The notes below the pieces were generated by a model, which searched no databases, was not told the DNA's origin, and was given only the letters and a program-made list of their open reading frames with translations. From contig JAWANM010000002.1 of the NCBI GenBank assembly GCA_038895375.1, positions 1,447-65,446 on the forward strand: a DNA stretch of 64,000 nucleotides, written 5' to 3'. The stretch's first letter is position 1; every line of letters begins with the position of its first letter. The stretch comes from Candidatus Pacearchaeota archaeon. Lineage in GTDB: Archaea; Nanobdellota; Nanobdellia; Pacearchaeales; UBA284. The position numbers and the translations under genes are program-made. Below are positions 1-8,310 of the stretch, in pieces.

Positions 1-637
1 CTTTTTTGAAATTTTCCGATGCTAAAGAAATCATAAGTATCTCACCCTTGCCTACTTCAAATTCTTCTGCCTCTATATCGAATGCCAAAATTTTCGGGAA
101 AAAATTTTTCTGCTCTTGTATTTTCTCTATTTTTTCTGCGAAAATACAATAATCCACATCGAGATTGTTTAAGCCTGCAAACTCTGTAATGTTTCCAGAA
201 ATTTTATGCCATTGCAAAGGAAGTAATTTTTTGTCTATGATGTATTTTGTTATTAAATTAAGGTCGTATTCTCGTTTTGCTTCGATTTCTGGCATTTCGA
301 GTTTGTCTGCAATTGCGTGCGCGTCTTTGTAATTGGTTATAAAAACTTTAAGAGCTTTAACAGGTTTGCCTAAAAAATTTTTTTCGTGAATCTCTACTTT
401 TTCTACGCAGCTTACACGAGAAGCTTGCTCTACTTTGACTTTTTTTATTTTTTCAATAATTTCTTGAATCTTTTTTTCACCTATTTTTTCTTTAAGGATA
501 GCCCAAAAATAAGCGTCAAAGGTATCGACAACACAAACACGCTTGCCCTTACTGTCGCGACCGACAACTCTGACATAATTCTTGCCTTGCCAGTCGAAAT
601 AATCATAGTCTAAAGGAATAAAATCGATATGCACCAT
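1..637 (-). CDS. polB: DNA polymerase family B, N-terminal part (gene runs off the window start)
   Basis: Reverse-strand reading from 637 gives MVHIDFIPLDYDYFDWQGKNYVRVVGRDSKGKRV...ILAFDIEAEEFEVGKGEILMISLA. This is the typical archaeal PolB N-terminus, including the exonuclease motif I (FDIE). No stop codon before position 1. Absent from the ORF track because it is truncated. Confidence 0.8.
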   Translation of the reverse strand, partial: MVHIDFIPLDYDYFDWQGKNYVRVVGRDSKGKRVCVVDTFDAYFWAILKEKIGEKKIQEIIEKIKKVKVEQASRVSCVEKVEIHEKNFLGKPVKALKVFITNYKDAHAIADKLEMPEIEAKREYDLNLITKYIIDKKLLPLQWHKISGNITEFAGLNNLDVDYCIFAEKIEKIQEQKNFFPKILAFDIEAEEFEVGKGEILMISLASENFKK

Positions 638-806
638 AAGTATAGAACATAGCCCGTCTTAATAAATTTTTATAAGCGAAAGGTTTTTAAAATACTGCCA
701 TCTTGTAATAGTAACAAAATCGAGTTAAAATGAAGCTGAAAAAGATTTCGCGATGCGGCTATGGAGGCCTTGTAGAAAAATAAGCCATACTCTCGTGTAA
801 ACAAAA

Positions 807-1097
807 ATGGAAAAGAAAATTTCAGAAATTTTTAGAGAAAAAATATTTTATTTGGCACTTGCTTTAACTTTTGCAGGAATTGTTATGTATGTAAGCAAAA
901 AACGTCAATATGCGATTGATCATCCCAAAGCAATTAAAGCTTATGCTATCGACAAAAAAGAAGACATATACAAAAAAGCTATTAAGTATTGCCCTTGGTG
1001 GATGAGACTCGACGAATACTTGAAAAAAGTGGAAGAAATTAATAAAATAAATCTCGAGAGTTTTTCGCCCGATACCTTGCTTTTCCCTAGATACTAA
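807..1097 (+). CDS. hypothetical small membrane protein
   Basis: ORF with one predicted TM segment; no recognisable motif. Confidence 0.35.
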   Translation: MEKKISEIFREKIFYLALALTFAGIVMYVSKKRQYAIDHPKAIKAYAIDKKEDIYKKAIKYCPWWMRLDEYLKKVEEINKINLESFSPDTLLFPRY

Positions 1098-1098
1098 A

Positions 1099-1443
1099 AT
1101 GAAAATACCAAAAATTCTCTTTTATTTAGGAGTTGCCGCTTATATAGCCGCGAGCACATACAAAACCATACAAGTAAACAAGAAGATAGAACCGTTAAGA
1201 AAAGAATTTGTTAAGGCCGTAGAAACATTGCCCTATAAAATAGAAAAGGAGGGAGACATAATAAGGTACAATTATGAAGGAAAATTAGATGAAATAATAA
1301 AAAAGAGAAATCAAAAATTAGACACTCTTTGCAAGGATTGCATCTGGATTGTAACATGGCAAGTTTATGATTATCCTCCAAAAGCTTTGCCACGCCCAGT
1401 ACTTTGTTTGTATTTTCCTTTTAGAAAATTTTATTCCTTTTAA
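1099..1443 (+). CDS. hypothetical membrane-anchored protein
   Basis: ORF immediately after the previous gene (2 nt gap); N-terminal hydrophobic segment. Confidence 0.35.
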   Translation: MKIPKILFYLGVAAYIAASTYKTIQVNKKIEPLRKEFVKAVETLPYKIEKEGDIIRYNYEGKLDEIIKKRNQKLDTLCKDCIWIVTWQVYDYPPKALPRPVLCLYFPFRKFYSF

Positions 1444-1452
1444 AATTTTAAA

Positions 1453-1779
1453 ATGGCTCTTGAGGAAGAAATATTGAACGCGCTCAAAGAATTGGGAAAA
1501 AAATTTGGAAAAGAAGACGCCAGTATTTCGGTAGAGATATTCAAAATTAAAGAAGAAAGATATCCGGAAAGAAAAATCCATGTAACATACTTGATCAATG
1601 GAAAAAAAGCTGTTGTAGAGACTATAGAAATAGAAAGAAAAGAAAAAAAACAAGAAAAAGCTTATGATTATCTCAAATCCGTTGCAGAACATCTATCTAA
1701 AAAAGATATTGATTATTTAGAATATACTAATCGCAAGAAAATAAATTTTTACTTCTCAAAGCAAGGAAAAGGTTGTTGA
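1453..1779 (+). CDS. hypothetical protein
   Basis: ORF with coding-like composition; no motif recognised. Confidence 0.35.
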   Translation: MALEEEILNALKELGKKFGKEDASISVEIFKIKEERYPERKIHVTYLINGKKAVVETIEIERKEKKQEKAYDYLKSVAEHLSKKDIDYLEYTNRKKINFYFSKQGKGC

Positions 1780-1839
1780 TTCGCATGCCACAAAAACGTT
1801 AGAAGCAATGTTTTTATATTTCTGTTTCTTACCTATTTT

Positions 1840-2880
1840 ATGGGTTTGCAGATAGGTGAGATAGTTCCAAGAAAGGAGATCAAGCTTGAAAGCTTGAGCG
1901 GCAAGATAATTGCAGTAGACGCTTTCAACGCAATATATCAATTCTTGGCAAACATAAGACAGCCTGACGGAACGCCGCTAATGGACAGCAAGGGAAGAAT
2001 AACTTCACACCTGAGCGGCTTGTTTTATAGGACAGTTAATTTAATGACAAAAGGTATAAAGCTTGTTTATGTTTTTGATGGCAGGCCGCATGAATTGAAA
2101 AGTATAACAGTAGCAAACAGAGAAGCAAGAAAAGAAGAGGCTATGAAAAAATACAAAGAAGCAAAAGAAGCCGGTGAACAAGAAGAAATGTTGAAGTATG
2201 CTAAACAAATTCCAAAACTAACAGAGGAAATGATAGATGAAAGCAAGGAATTGGTTCTTGCTCTAGGCTTGCCTGTTGTTCAAGCTCCTAGCGAAGGCGA
2301 GGCGCAAGCAGCTTTTATTGCACGAGACGAGGCTTTTGCTGTTGCATCTCAAGATTATGATTCTTTGCTTTTCGGAGCTCCAAGGCTGATACAAAACTTA
2401 ACTCTTGCAAGAAAAAGAAAACTCGCATCTGGCGCTTTCGTTCCTATCGAACCAGAGATTATCGAGCTTGATCAAGTTCTTAACGCTTTACAGCTTAATC
2501 TCGATCAATTAATATGCCTTGGCATTCTAATCGGTACTGATTTCAATCCAGGCGGCATCAAAGGCATAGGCCCTAAAAAAGCTCTAGAACTTGTAAGAAA
2601 GTACAAACAACCGGTAATAATTTTTCAAGCTATCGAAAAACAACTTGAAAAAGCAAATTTAGAAATGCCCTTTGATTGGCATGAAATTTTTCAAATTTTT
2701 AAAAAGCCAGATGTAACAAAAAATTATAAAATAAAATTTTCAGGAGTTGATGAAAAAAAACTCAAGGACCTGCTTTGTAAAGAGCATGATTTTTCTGAAG
2801 AGCGTATTGAAAATGCATTGAAAAAATTAGAAGAAGCAAAGGAAAAAGGAAAGCAGCAAGCTCTCGAAAAGTGGCTTTAA
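1840..2880 (+). CDS. fen: flap endonuclease 1
   Basis: N-terminus MGLQIGEIVPRKEI...IAVDAFNAIYQFL and the XPG-I region GIKGIGPKKALELV are diagnostic for archaeal/eukaryotic FEN1; 346 aa. Confidence 0.95.
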   Translation: MGLQIGEIVPRKEIKLESLSGKIIAVDAFNAIYQFLANIRQPDGTPLMDSKGRITSHLSGLFYRTVNLMTKGIKLVYVFDGRPHELKSITVANREARKEEAMKKYKEAKEAGEQEEMLKYAKQIPKLTEEMIDESKELVLALGLPVVQAPSEGEAQAAFIARDEAFAVASQDYDSLLFGAPRLIQNLTLARKRKLASGAFVPIEPEIIELDQVLNALQLNLDQLICLGILIGTDFNPGGIKGIGPKKALELVRKYKQPVIIFQAIEKQLEKANLEMPFDWHEIFQIFKKPDVTKNYKIKFSGVDEKKLKDLLCKEHDFSEERIENALKKLEEAKEKGKQQALEKWL

Positions 2881-2952
2881 AGTCGAGGTCTGAAAAGCGG
2901 CTCGTGCTTTTCTCGTATTTTATGCGCTTGAGTTGATCATTAGCACAGCAAG

Positions 2953-3177
2953 CTATGCAAGCTCTCTTGCAGTCAAAGCAGAAACCATCATTATTATTGA
3001 AAGAATAAAAATTATGACAATGTAAAAAAGTTGTGAAGAAGGCAAAAAAGAAACTTTTTCAGAAATTGCCAAACCAAAAATTTTGAATGGCTTTGAAGAT
3101 CTTATCAAAGCTATACCGCTCACAACGAAAATTAAAAAGCCGAACAAAAACATCAAGAGTCTTAGTCTCATTTTCAA
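2953..3177 (-). CDS. small hydrophobic membrane protein
   Basis: Two predicted TM helices; overlaps the next ORF by 4 nt. Confidence 0.3.
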   Translation of the reverse strand: MKMRLRLLMFLFGFLIFVVSGIALIRSSKPFKIFGLAISEKVSFLPSSQLFYIVIIFILSIIMMVSALTARELA

Positions 3178-3377
3178 CCCTGTCTTTTCGAGGTAAAAGA
3201 GATTATCATAAGCACAATCCCAAGGACAATTAAAAAAATAAAATATATCGAAGGATCTAAAGGTAGTTTCTCAAGTGTTTCCAAAAAATAACCTTTGCTT
3301 AATGCAAAGCCGATGAAAGCAACAACAGCAACTACCAGGCCAAAAATTCCTGCAACAAAACTTGATATGACCTTCAT
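3174..3377 (-). CDS. small hydrophobic membrane protein
   Basis: Two predicted TM helices. Confidence 0.3.
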   Translation of the reverse strand: MKVISSFVAGIFGLVVAVVAFIGFALSKGYFLETLEKLPLDPSIYFIFLIVLGIVLMIISFTSKRQG

Positions 3378-3475
3378 TTTTTCTTAAATCTTAAGAGTAA
3401 AAGAGAGTTTAAAAAGTTGTCGCTCTGCTAAGTCTTATGCAAGATTAATTAGATCATTCTTGGTTTAAAACTTAT

Positions 3476-5359
3476 TTACTTACTATTTTTACTTACTACT
3501 TCTACTTCAATTAAGCAGTGTTTCATTAAGTAGTTACTATCAATACAAGTAGCTTCCACTTTTATAATACTACCTGCTGGTTCCGTGACTGTATGTGTCC
3601 TCTGAAGACTCTTCACATACTCGTGCTCCTCTTTTCCTATTACTTTACCTCCCCATTTTAAATCAGCAAGATAAGGAGGGACTCCTCCGGACCAATTTGC
3701 TATGATTGTTACCTTCTCCCCTTCCTTAACTTGAGCTTTTTTTATTTTTCCTGGTTCTGCTTTTACTCCTTTAATTCTAAGGGTCATACGCAGTTCCTCT
3801 CCTTTTTTCCTTTCTTTTTTGAAGATTGCTGTAACTTTTATAACCGGGGTCATATCAAAAACTGGCGAACCAAGGTTGAGTGAAAAAGTTTGTGCTGTAA
3901 CTTGTTTTACTCCTATCGGAACTTCCCACATATCGAACCTATAACCTTCATTTGGCATTGCTGTCAGGGTTACTCTCGCATTCGAAGGATAAACATGGGT
4001 TCCTACAGGAGGATTTGTCTTTCCTCCTCCTTTAGGCTCTACTTCAATAATGAGTTTTTTCTCTTTTAGTTTAAAAACAGCAATAACATGATAATCTTTG
4101 TTAAGAGTCAATCGAAGTTGATTATGGCCATGATTTCCTGCTATACCATTAACTATCCAATGATCAATTGCATAGCCTCTGCTTGGTATTGCGGTTATCG
4201 TTACAGTTGTACCTTTTCTATGTTTGTAAATTCCTGGCTTAGGATTTGTCGTGCCCCCATTGCGAGGCTGTGCATCGATTACGAGCGTGACTTCTTCTGT
4301 AGGCGGAGCTTCTCCTTTGAAGACAGCAATAACATGATAATCTTTGTTAAGAGTCAATCGAAGTTGATTATGGCCATGATTTCCTGCTATACCATTAACT
4401 ATCCAATGATCAATTGCATAGCCTCTGCTTGGTATTGCTGTAATTGCTATTGTTGTACCTCTTCTGTAAGCATGAGTTCCTGGATGAGGATTTGTTGTTC
4501 CGCCATTGTGTGGTTGCACTTGAATTGTTAGCGTGACTTCTTCTGTAGGTGGAGCTTCTCCGACATAAATCGTTACCGATTTTGTTACGCTAGAGCCATC
4601 GGCGCCTATCGCTGTTCCATGATAAGTTGTTGTACTATCTGGCCTTACTACAATCGAACCGTTAAGAGGCAAGCTACGACCATCTATGCTAAACTGGACA
4701 GCATTTTTTGTTCTCCAAAACAACGTCGAAGTCTCGCCTCTTCTTATTCTTGGTCTGTTTGTCCAAAAGTCCAGTTTGACTTTCTTTGGCTTTTTTGGTT
4801 CTGGAGGTCTTGTAACCCATGCTCCCATCTCTTTGCTTTTCTTGAAGAGAGCCGCTAGTAGCATAAAGAATGCAATAGCAAACAAAATGCCTGCCAAAAC
4901 ATTGAGCAATGTGCAAGCATTCGATGGCAAAGTTCCTCTCGGCGGACAAAAAACTTTTTGGCCGAAAGCAAACCATGCAATCGAAACAGTAAATAAAAAA
5001 ATTATTGCTGCAGCTTTTTTACTCCTCGAAGACATCATCAAAAGAGATATAATAAGCAAAGCTATAAGAAGCAAAACCCACCAATCGAATTTTTGAAAAA
5101 TCAATCCATATTTTGCTATGATACTAAAACTACCGGCAATTCCTAAAATAAGAGAAATTATTAAAGCGGTCCCATAACTTGCAGAAAAAACTTTTTTCAG
5201 AGCGAGAAGACATAAAATAAAAATAAGTAAAAAAAGTAGGCCTGCATTAAACCATTCGTTAGAGAGTAAATTTGTTAAGGAAATTTGAGCAGAAACGAGA
5301 TCTGTTGTTGAAATAAAGATAAAAGCTGCTAAAACAAAAAAAACCAACCCTCTTTTCAT
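3476..5359 (-). CDS. membrane-anchored surface protein with three divergent InlB-B-repeat-like (Flg_new-like) beta domains
   Basis: N-terminal signal peptide plus multi-TM module. Three repeats follow of the form GGTTNP.PG.H.Y..GTTVTITAIP..GY.IDHW.VNG, which resembles bacterial/archaeal surface Ig-like InlB B-repeat domains. Confidence 0.55.
   Translation of the reverse strand: MKRGLVFFVLAAFIFISTTDLVSAQISLTNLLSNEWFNAGLLFLLIFILCLLALKKVFSASYGTALIISLILGIAGSFSIIAKYGLIFQKFDWWVLLLIALLIISLLMMSSRSKKAAAIIFLFTVSIAWFAFGQKVFCPPRGTLPSNACTLLNVLAGILFAIAFFMLLAALFKKSKEMGAWVTRPPEPKKPKKVKLDFWTNRPRIRRGETSTLFWRTKNAVQFSIDGRSLPLNGSIVVRPDSTTTYHGTAIGADGSSVTKSVTIYVGEAPPTEEVTLTIQVQPHNGGTTNPHPGTHAYRRGTTIAITAIPSRGYAIDHWIVNGIAGNHGHNQLRLTLNKDYHVIAVFKGEAPPTEEVTLVIDAQPRNGGTTNPKPGIYKHRKGTTVTITAIPSRGYAIDHWIVNGIAGNHGHNQLRLTLNKDYHVIAVFKLKEKKLIIEVEPKGGGKTNPPVGTHVYPSNARVTLTAMPNEGYRFDMWEVPIGVKQVTAQTFSLNLGSPVFDMTPVIKVTAIFKKERKKGEELRMTLRIKGVKAEPGKIKKAQVKEGEKVTIIANWSGGVPPYLADLKWGGKVIGKEEHEYVKSLQRTHTVTEPAGSIIKVEATCIDSNYLMKHCLIEVEVVSKNSK
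4080..4561. repeat. intragenic tandem duplication: two 246-nt units, the first 117 nt identical (4080-4196 = 4326-4442)
   Basis: Direct nucleotide comparison. The string gcaataacatgataatctttgttaagagtcaatcgaag... occurs at 4080 and again at 4326. The remainder of each unit is about 70% identical. Confidence 0.9.
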
Positions 5360-5403
5360 GTATTTTTAAAAAGAAATTGAACTTAAAAATCTTGTTCTAG
5401 TAG

Positions 5404-5937
5404 CTATGATGGAACAAAAAATCTTGGTTGTTCTTTCGGCTTTAAAAGCGCAAGAACAAACATCAAAATTGCAATAACAAGAAAAATACCTAAAAGAGCA
5501 TCAAGAATTTTCAATAGGTTCGAGGGAATAGCATAGCTTACTCTATCTTTTACAAATAAAAACCATGCCAAAGGAATTGCAAAAAGAATCAAATTGACAG
5601 CAGTATCTCGAGCTGGTTTGAGTATTGCTTTAAGAACAAATATAGCAAGGCCTACAAGCAAGAGAAAAACCCACGCGTCGAGTTTTGTTACGATAGGTCC
5701 ATATTTGCTTAAAACTCCAAAGCTTCCTCCTAAAGCAAGTGCTAAAGAAATTAAAATTGCTGCACCTTGAGTAGAGCTAAAAACATCTTTGAGAACAAAC
5801 CAACAAACAAAAAAAACAACAAGAAATAAAACGATTAAATTGAACATAAAGCTCTGACTTAATTCTTGAATTGTTTGTGCATATGCTAAAGGCACAAAAG
5901 CAAGGACAAAAAAAACTAAAAGGATTTTAATTTTCAT
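5404..5937 (-). CDS. multi-TM membrane protein, paralog of the N-terminal module of the 3476-5359 protein
   Basis: VFSSTQGAAILISLALALGGSFGVLSKYG aligns with VFSASYGTALIISLILGIAGSFSIIAKYG of the neighbouring gene. Confidence 0.45.
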   Translation of the reverse strand: MKIKILLVFFVLAFVPLAYAQTIQELSQSFMFNLIVLFLVVFFVCWFVLKDVFSSTQGAAILISLALALGGSFGVLSKYGPIVTKLDAWVFLLLVGLAIFVLKAILKPARDTAVNLILFAIPLAWFLFVKDRVSYAIPSNLLKILDALLGIFLVIAILMFVLALLKPKEQPRFFVPS

Positions 5938-6015
5938 CTTAATTCATCTTTACTATAAAATCTGAAGTTAAAAATTTTTCTTAAGCTAGAATTCTTGCTT
6001 TTTTGACTTGCAAAG

Positions 6016-6663
6016 CTACTCTGGTTCAAGTTCTAAAATAAGTTTATCTTCTTCTGTATACCATGATTTAATCGGAAGAGCCACCGGAAGAACTTTGAAA
6101 TATGCTTTGTTTTTCGCTAAAGCTTTAATTTCTATGGTATTTCCAAGATGATTAATAATTACTTTATCTTTTTCTACACCAGGAATTTCAAACTCGTAAA
6201 CAACTTTGTCTGCAAGCCTTCTTACTTTTGTTTTCGGTTCTATTTTTTTCAATCTTGCATATTTGACAGCATCTTTTTTACTGAAATCTTTGAGCTCGGT
6301 TTGCTTCGTCTTTGTTTCGACTTTTGGCTTTATTACTTTTGGCTCGGCGCCAAGCTTGCTGACTTTTATTATAGGTTTTCCATCGACGTTGGTTATGCTA
6401 ATAGAAAATCCTTGTGCAAAAGCTTGCCTTTCGCTTTTTCCTTCGAGCTCAGAAATTTCTTCGAGCTTCTTGGCCAATTGTTTCATCAGTTTTTCCATCG
6501 GAAATTTAAAAAGAAATGGTAATTTCATTTTTTCGAGCTCGTCCAGTTCGTCAAGCAAAGAATCTTTTTCCTTATAAAGCCTCGAACCACAGAAAGGACA
6601 AAATTTAAAACTGCTTGAAACTTTTTTCCCGCACCTTAAGCATTCGATTTTTTTTCCAAACAT
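6016..6663 (-). CDS. zinc-ribbon protein with C-terminal Hsp20/alpha-crystallin-like domain
   Basis: N-terminal CxxC...CxxC (CLRCGKK...CPFCG). C-terminal VYEFEIPGVEKDKVIINHLGNTIEIKA is Hsp20-like. Confidence 0.45.
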   Translation of the reverse strand: MFGKKIECLRCGKKVSSSFKFCPFCGSRLYKEKDSLLDELDELEKMKLPFLFKFPMEKLMKQLAKKLEEISELEGKSERQAFAQGFSISITNVDGKPIIKVSKLGAEPKVIKPKVETKTKQTELKDFSKKDAVKYARLKKIEPKTKVRRLADKVVYEFEIPGVEKDKVIINHLGNTIEIKALAKNKAYFKVLPVALPIKSWYTEEDKLILELEPE

Positions 6664-6780
6664 GCAGCAAAAAAGAAAAACTTATTTATAAGGTTTGTGT
6701 TCTATGCTTCGTTTTTTTGTTACTACTGAACAATAACGTTTACCGAAAGATTTATAAAGGCTAAAATCTTAAAAGTTAAA

Positions 6781-7359
6781 ATGAAAAAGCAAGAAGTTCC
6801 AGAAATTTATGAAAAAGACGAACTGGCTTATCTTACAAAGCACTATAAAGAAAAAAAAGATGAAATAAAGTACGGAATTGTTGGAGAGCTATACATCTCG
6901 AAGTTATGCGAAAGTAAAGAGTTAAGAGATTATTTGCGAGGATCAAAAAACGCATTAGAAGCAGCAATAGAAAGCGGATCTGATTTATATTTAAACAAAT
7001 TGAATAAGTTAAGCATAGACGATTATATTCTTATGTTTTCAGGAGTTTACAAAGGGCCTAAACTTGAAATTTTCTCTTCATTAAAAGGCAGAAAAATCGA
7101 AGAGTTTGCTGAAGATTATCGAAAGTACATAGAAGCAAAGAAAAAATATGAAGAAGCTGGTAAGAATAAAAATGAAGAAGATGCTTGCAAAGCAATTGAA
7201 GAAATGAAGAAGTATGAGACAAACTTCAAGATTTATTCTGCAATCCTTAATATAGACTTATCACGACTTGAGCTTAAATATAGTTCTAAGATTGCAAAAG
7301 AGATACTAGAAGAAAATCTTGGTGGTTTAGAAAAAATTTTGAAGGAAAACAATAAGTAA
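6781..7359 (+). CDS. hypothetical coiled-coil protein
   Basis: K/E-rich ORF; no motif. Confidence 0.35.
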   Translation: MKKQEVPEIYEKDELAYLTKHYKEKKDEIKYGIVGELYISKLCESKELRDYLRGSKNALEAAIESGSDLYLNKLNKLSIDDYILMFSGVYKGPKLEIFSSLKGRKIEEFAEDYRKYIEAKKKYEEAGKNKNEEDACKAIEEMKKYETNFKIYSAILNIDLSRLELKYSSKIAKEILEENLGGLEKILKENNK

Positions 7360-7408
7360 TGAAACAATAAGAACCCATTAAAAATTTTAAGCAAGCTCGA
7401 TAAAAAAC

Positions 7409-8239
7409 TTAAACAATTTTATTGACTATTTTGGCCATTTCTTGCAAGAACAATTCTGTTCTTTTTTGCCATTCTTCGATTTCTTTTGCACGAATTTCTA
7501 TTCTACGGCCATGCAAGATGTCGTGAGCAAGTTTGTAAATTTCTTCGTACCACGAAACATATTTTGGATCTAAAAGTTTAGCACTAACAAAAGTTTCTTT
7601 TAGCATTTCTCCTATATGCTCTGGCGATGGAGGTAATTTTTTTGCCGCTATGAGGGCAGCATGACTTGCATCGACAAAAGCCCAGTACATTCCTTCAATG
7701 CTGTTTAGCAATGCTGCCTTTGTTCTTAAAAGATGCGTCGGAGCTCTTTGTAGCATAATGTAAATAGCCTCGGGTGTGCTTTTAATTTTACCTTGAGCAA
7801 GCAAAACTTTCAAAGGATTGAAAAAACCTCCAAAATCGATTAAAGCTTGACCGTATCTTATTATGTTTATAATAACAGGTTCACCTCTCAAAAGTTCGTT
7901 CCACCATGTAGACAAGCGAACAGTGTTGATATGCAAAGGCTTTATATAAGGATTTTCTCTTACAAGCTTGGCTATTTCTTCACGATACCATGCTATAAGC
8001 TCTTGATCCCACTGAACCGAGCAATCATCTATTAGAATAATCAAATCAATATCAGAACCTTTAACAGCTTTCTTCTTCGCAGTCGAACCAAACAAAATTA
8101 TGCTCTTGATAAGTTTTCCAAATTTTTCATAAACTTTTGTTGCAAAATCATACGCTATTTCATACTCGTCTTTTAGCTTGAGTGTTGGAAATTTTTCGCT
8201 CAACTTTTTCGGAACAGGAACTTTTGGAGTTTCTACCAT
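7409..8239 (-). CDS. nucleotidyltransferase-domain protein (minimal Pol-beta-type NTase plus C-terminal helical domain)
   Basis: hG[GS]...[DE]h[DE]h signature: SIILFGSTAKKKAVKGSDIDLIILID. Confidence 0.7.
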   Translation of the reverse strand: MVETPKVPVPKKLSEKFPTLKLKDEYEIAYDFATKVYEKFGKLIKSIILFGSTAKKKAVKGSDIDLIILIDDCSVQWDQELIAWYREEIAKLVRENPYIKPLHINTVRLSTWWNELLRGEPVIINIIRYGQALIDFGGFFNPLKVLLAQGKIKSTPEAIYIMLQRAPTHLLRTKAALLNSIEGMYWAFVDASHAALIAAKKLPPSPEHIGEMLKETFVSAKLLDPKYVSWYEEIYKLAHDILHGRRIEIRAKEIEEWQKRTELFLQEMAKIVNKIV

Positions 8240-8310
8240 TTGACCTCTTTTTAGTCTTTTTAATTTAGCTTTTTAAGATTCTTTATTTTTTAAAGGTTTG
8301 CATTATTTTT

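Noticed and set aside
386-613. 75-aa plus-strand ORF (F/Y-rich).
   Set aside because: Antisense to the well-supported PolB N-terminal coding region; composition typical of a reverse-frame artefact in AT-rich DNA.
4088-5096. Several plus-strand ORFs (147, 79, 136 aa) and one minus-strand 95-aa ORF.
   Set aside because: All lie within the 627-aa surface-protein gene; the 147-aa one mirrors the tandem duplication (its own sequence is internally repeated), a hallmark of repeat-driven spurious ORFs.
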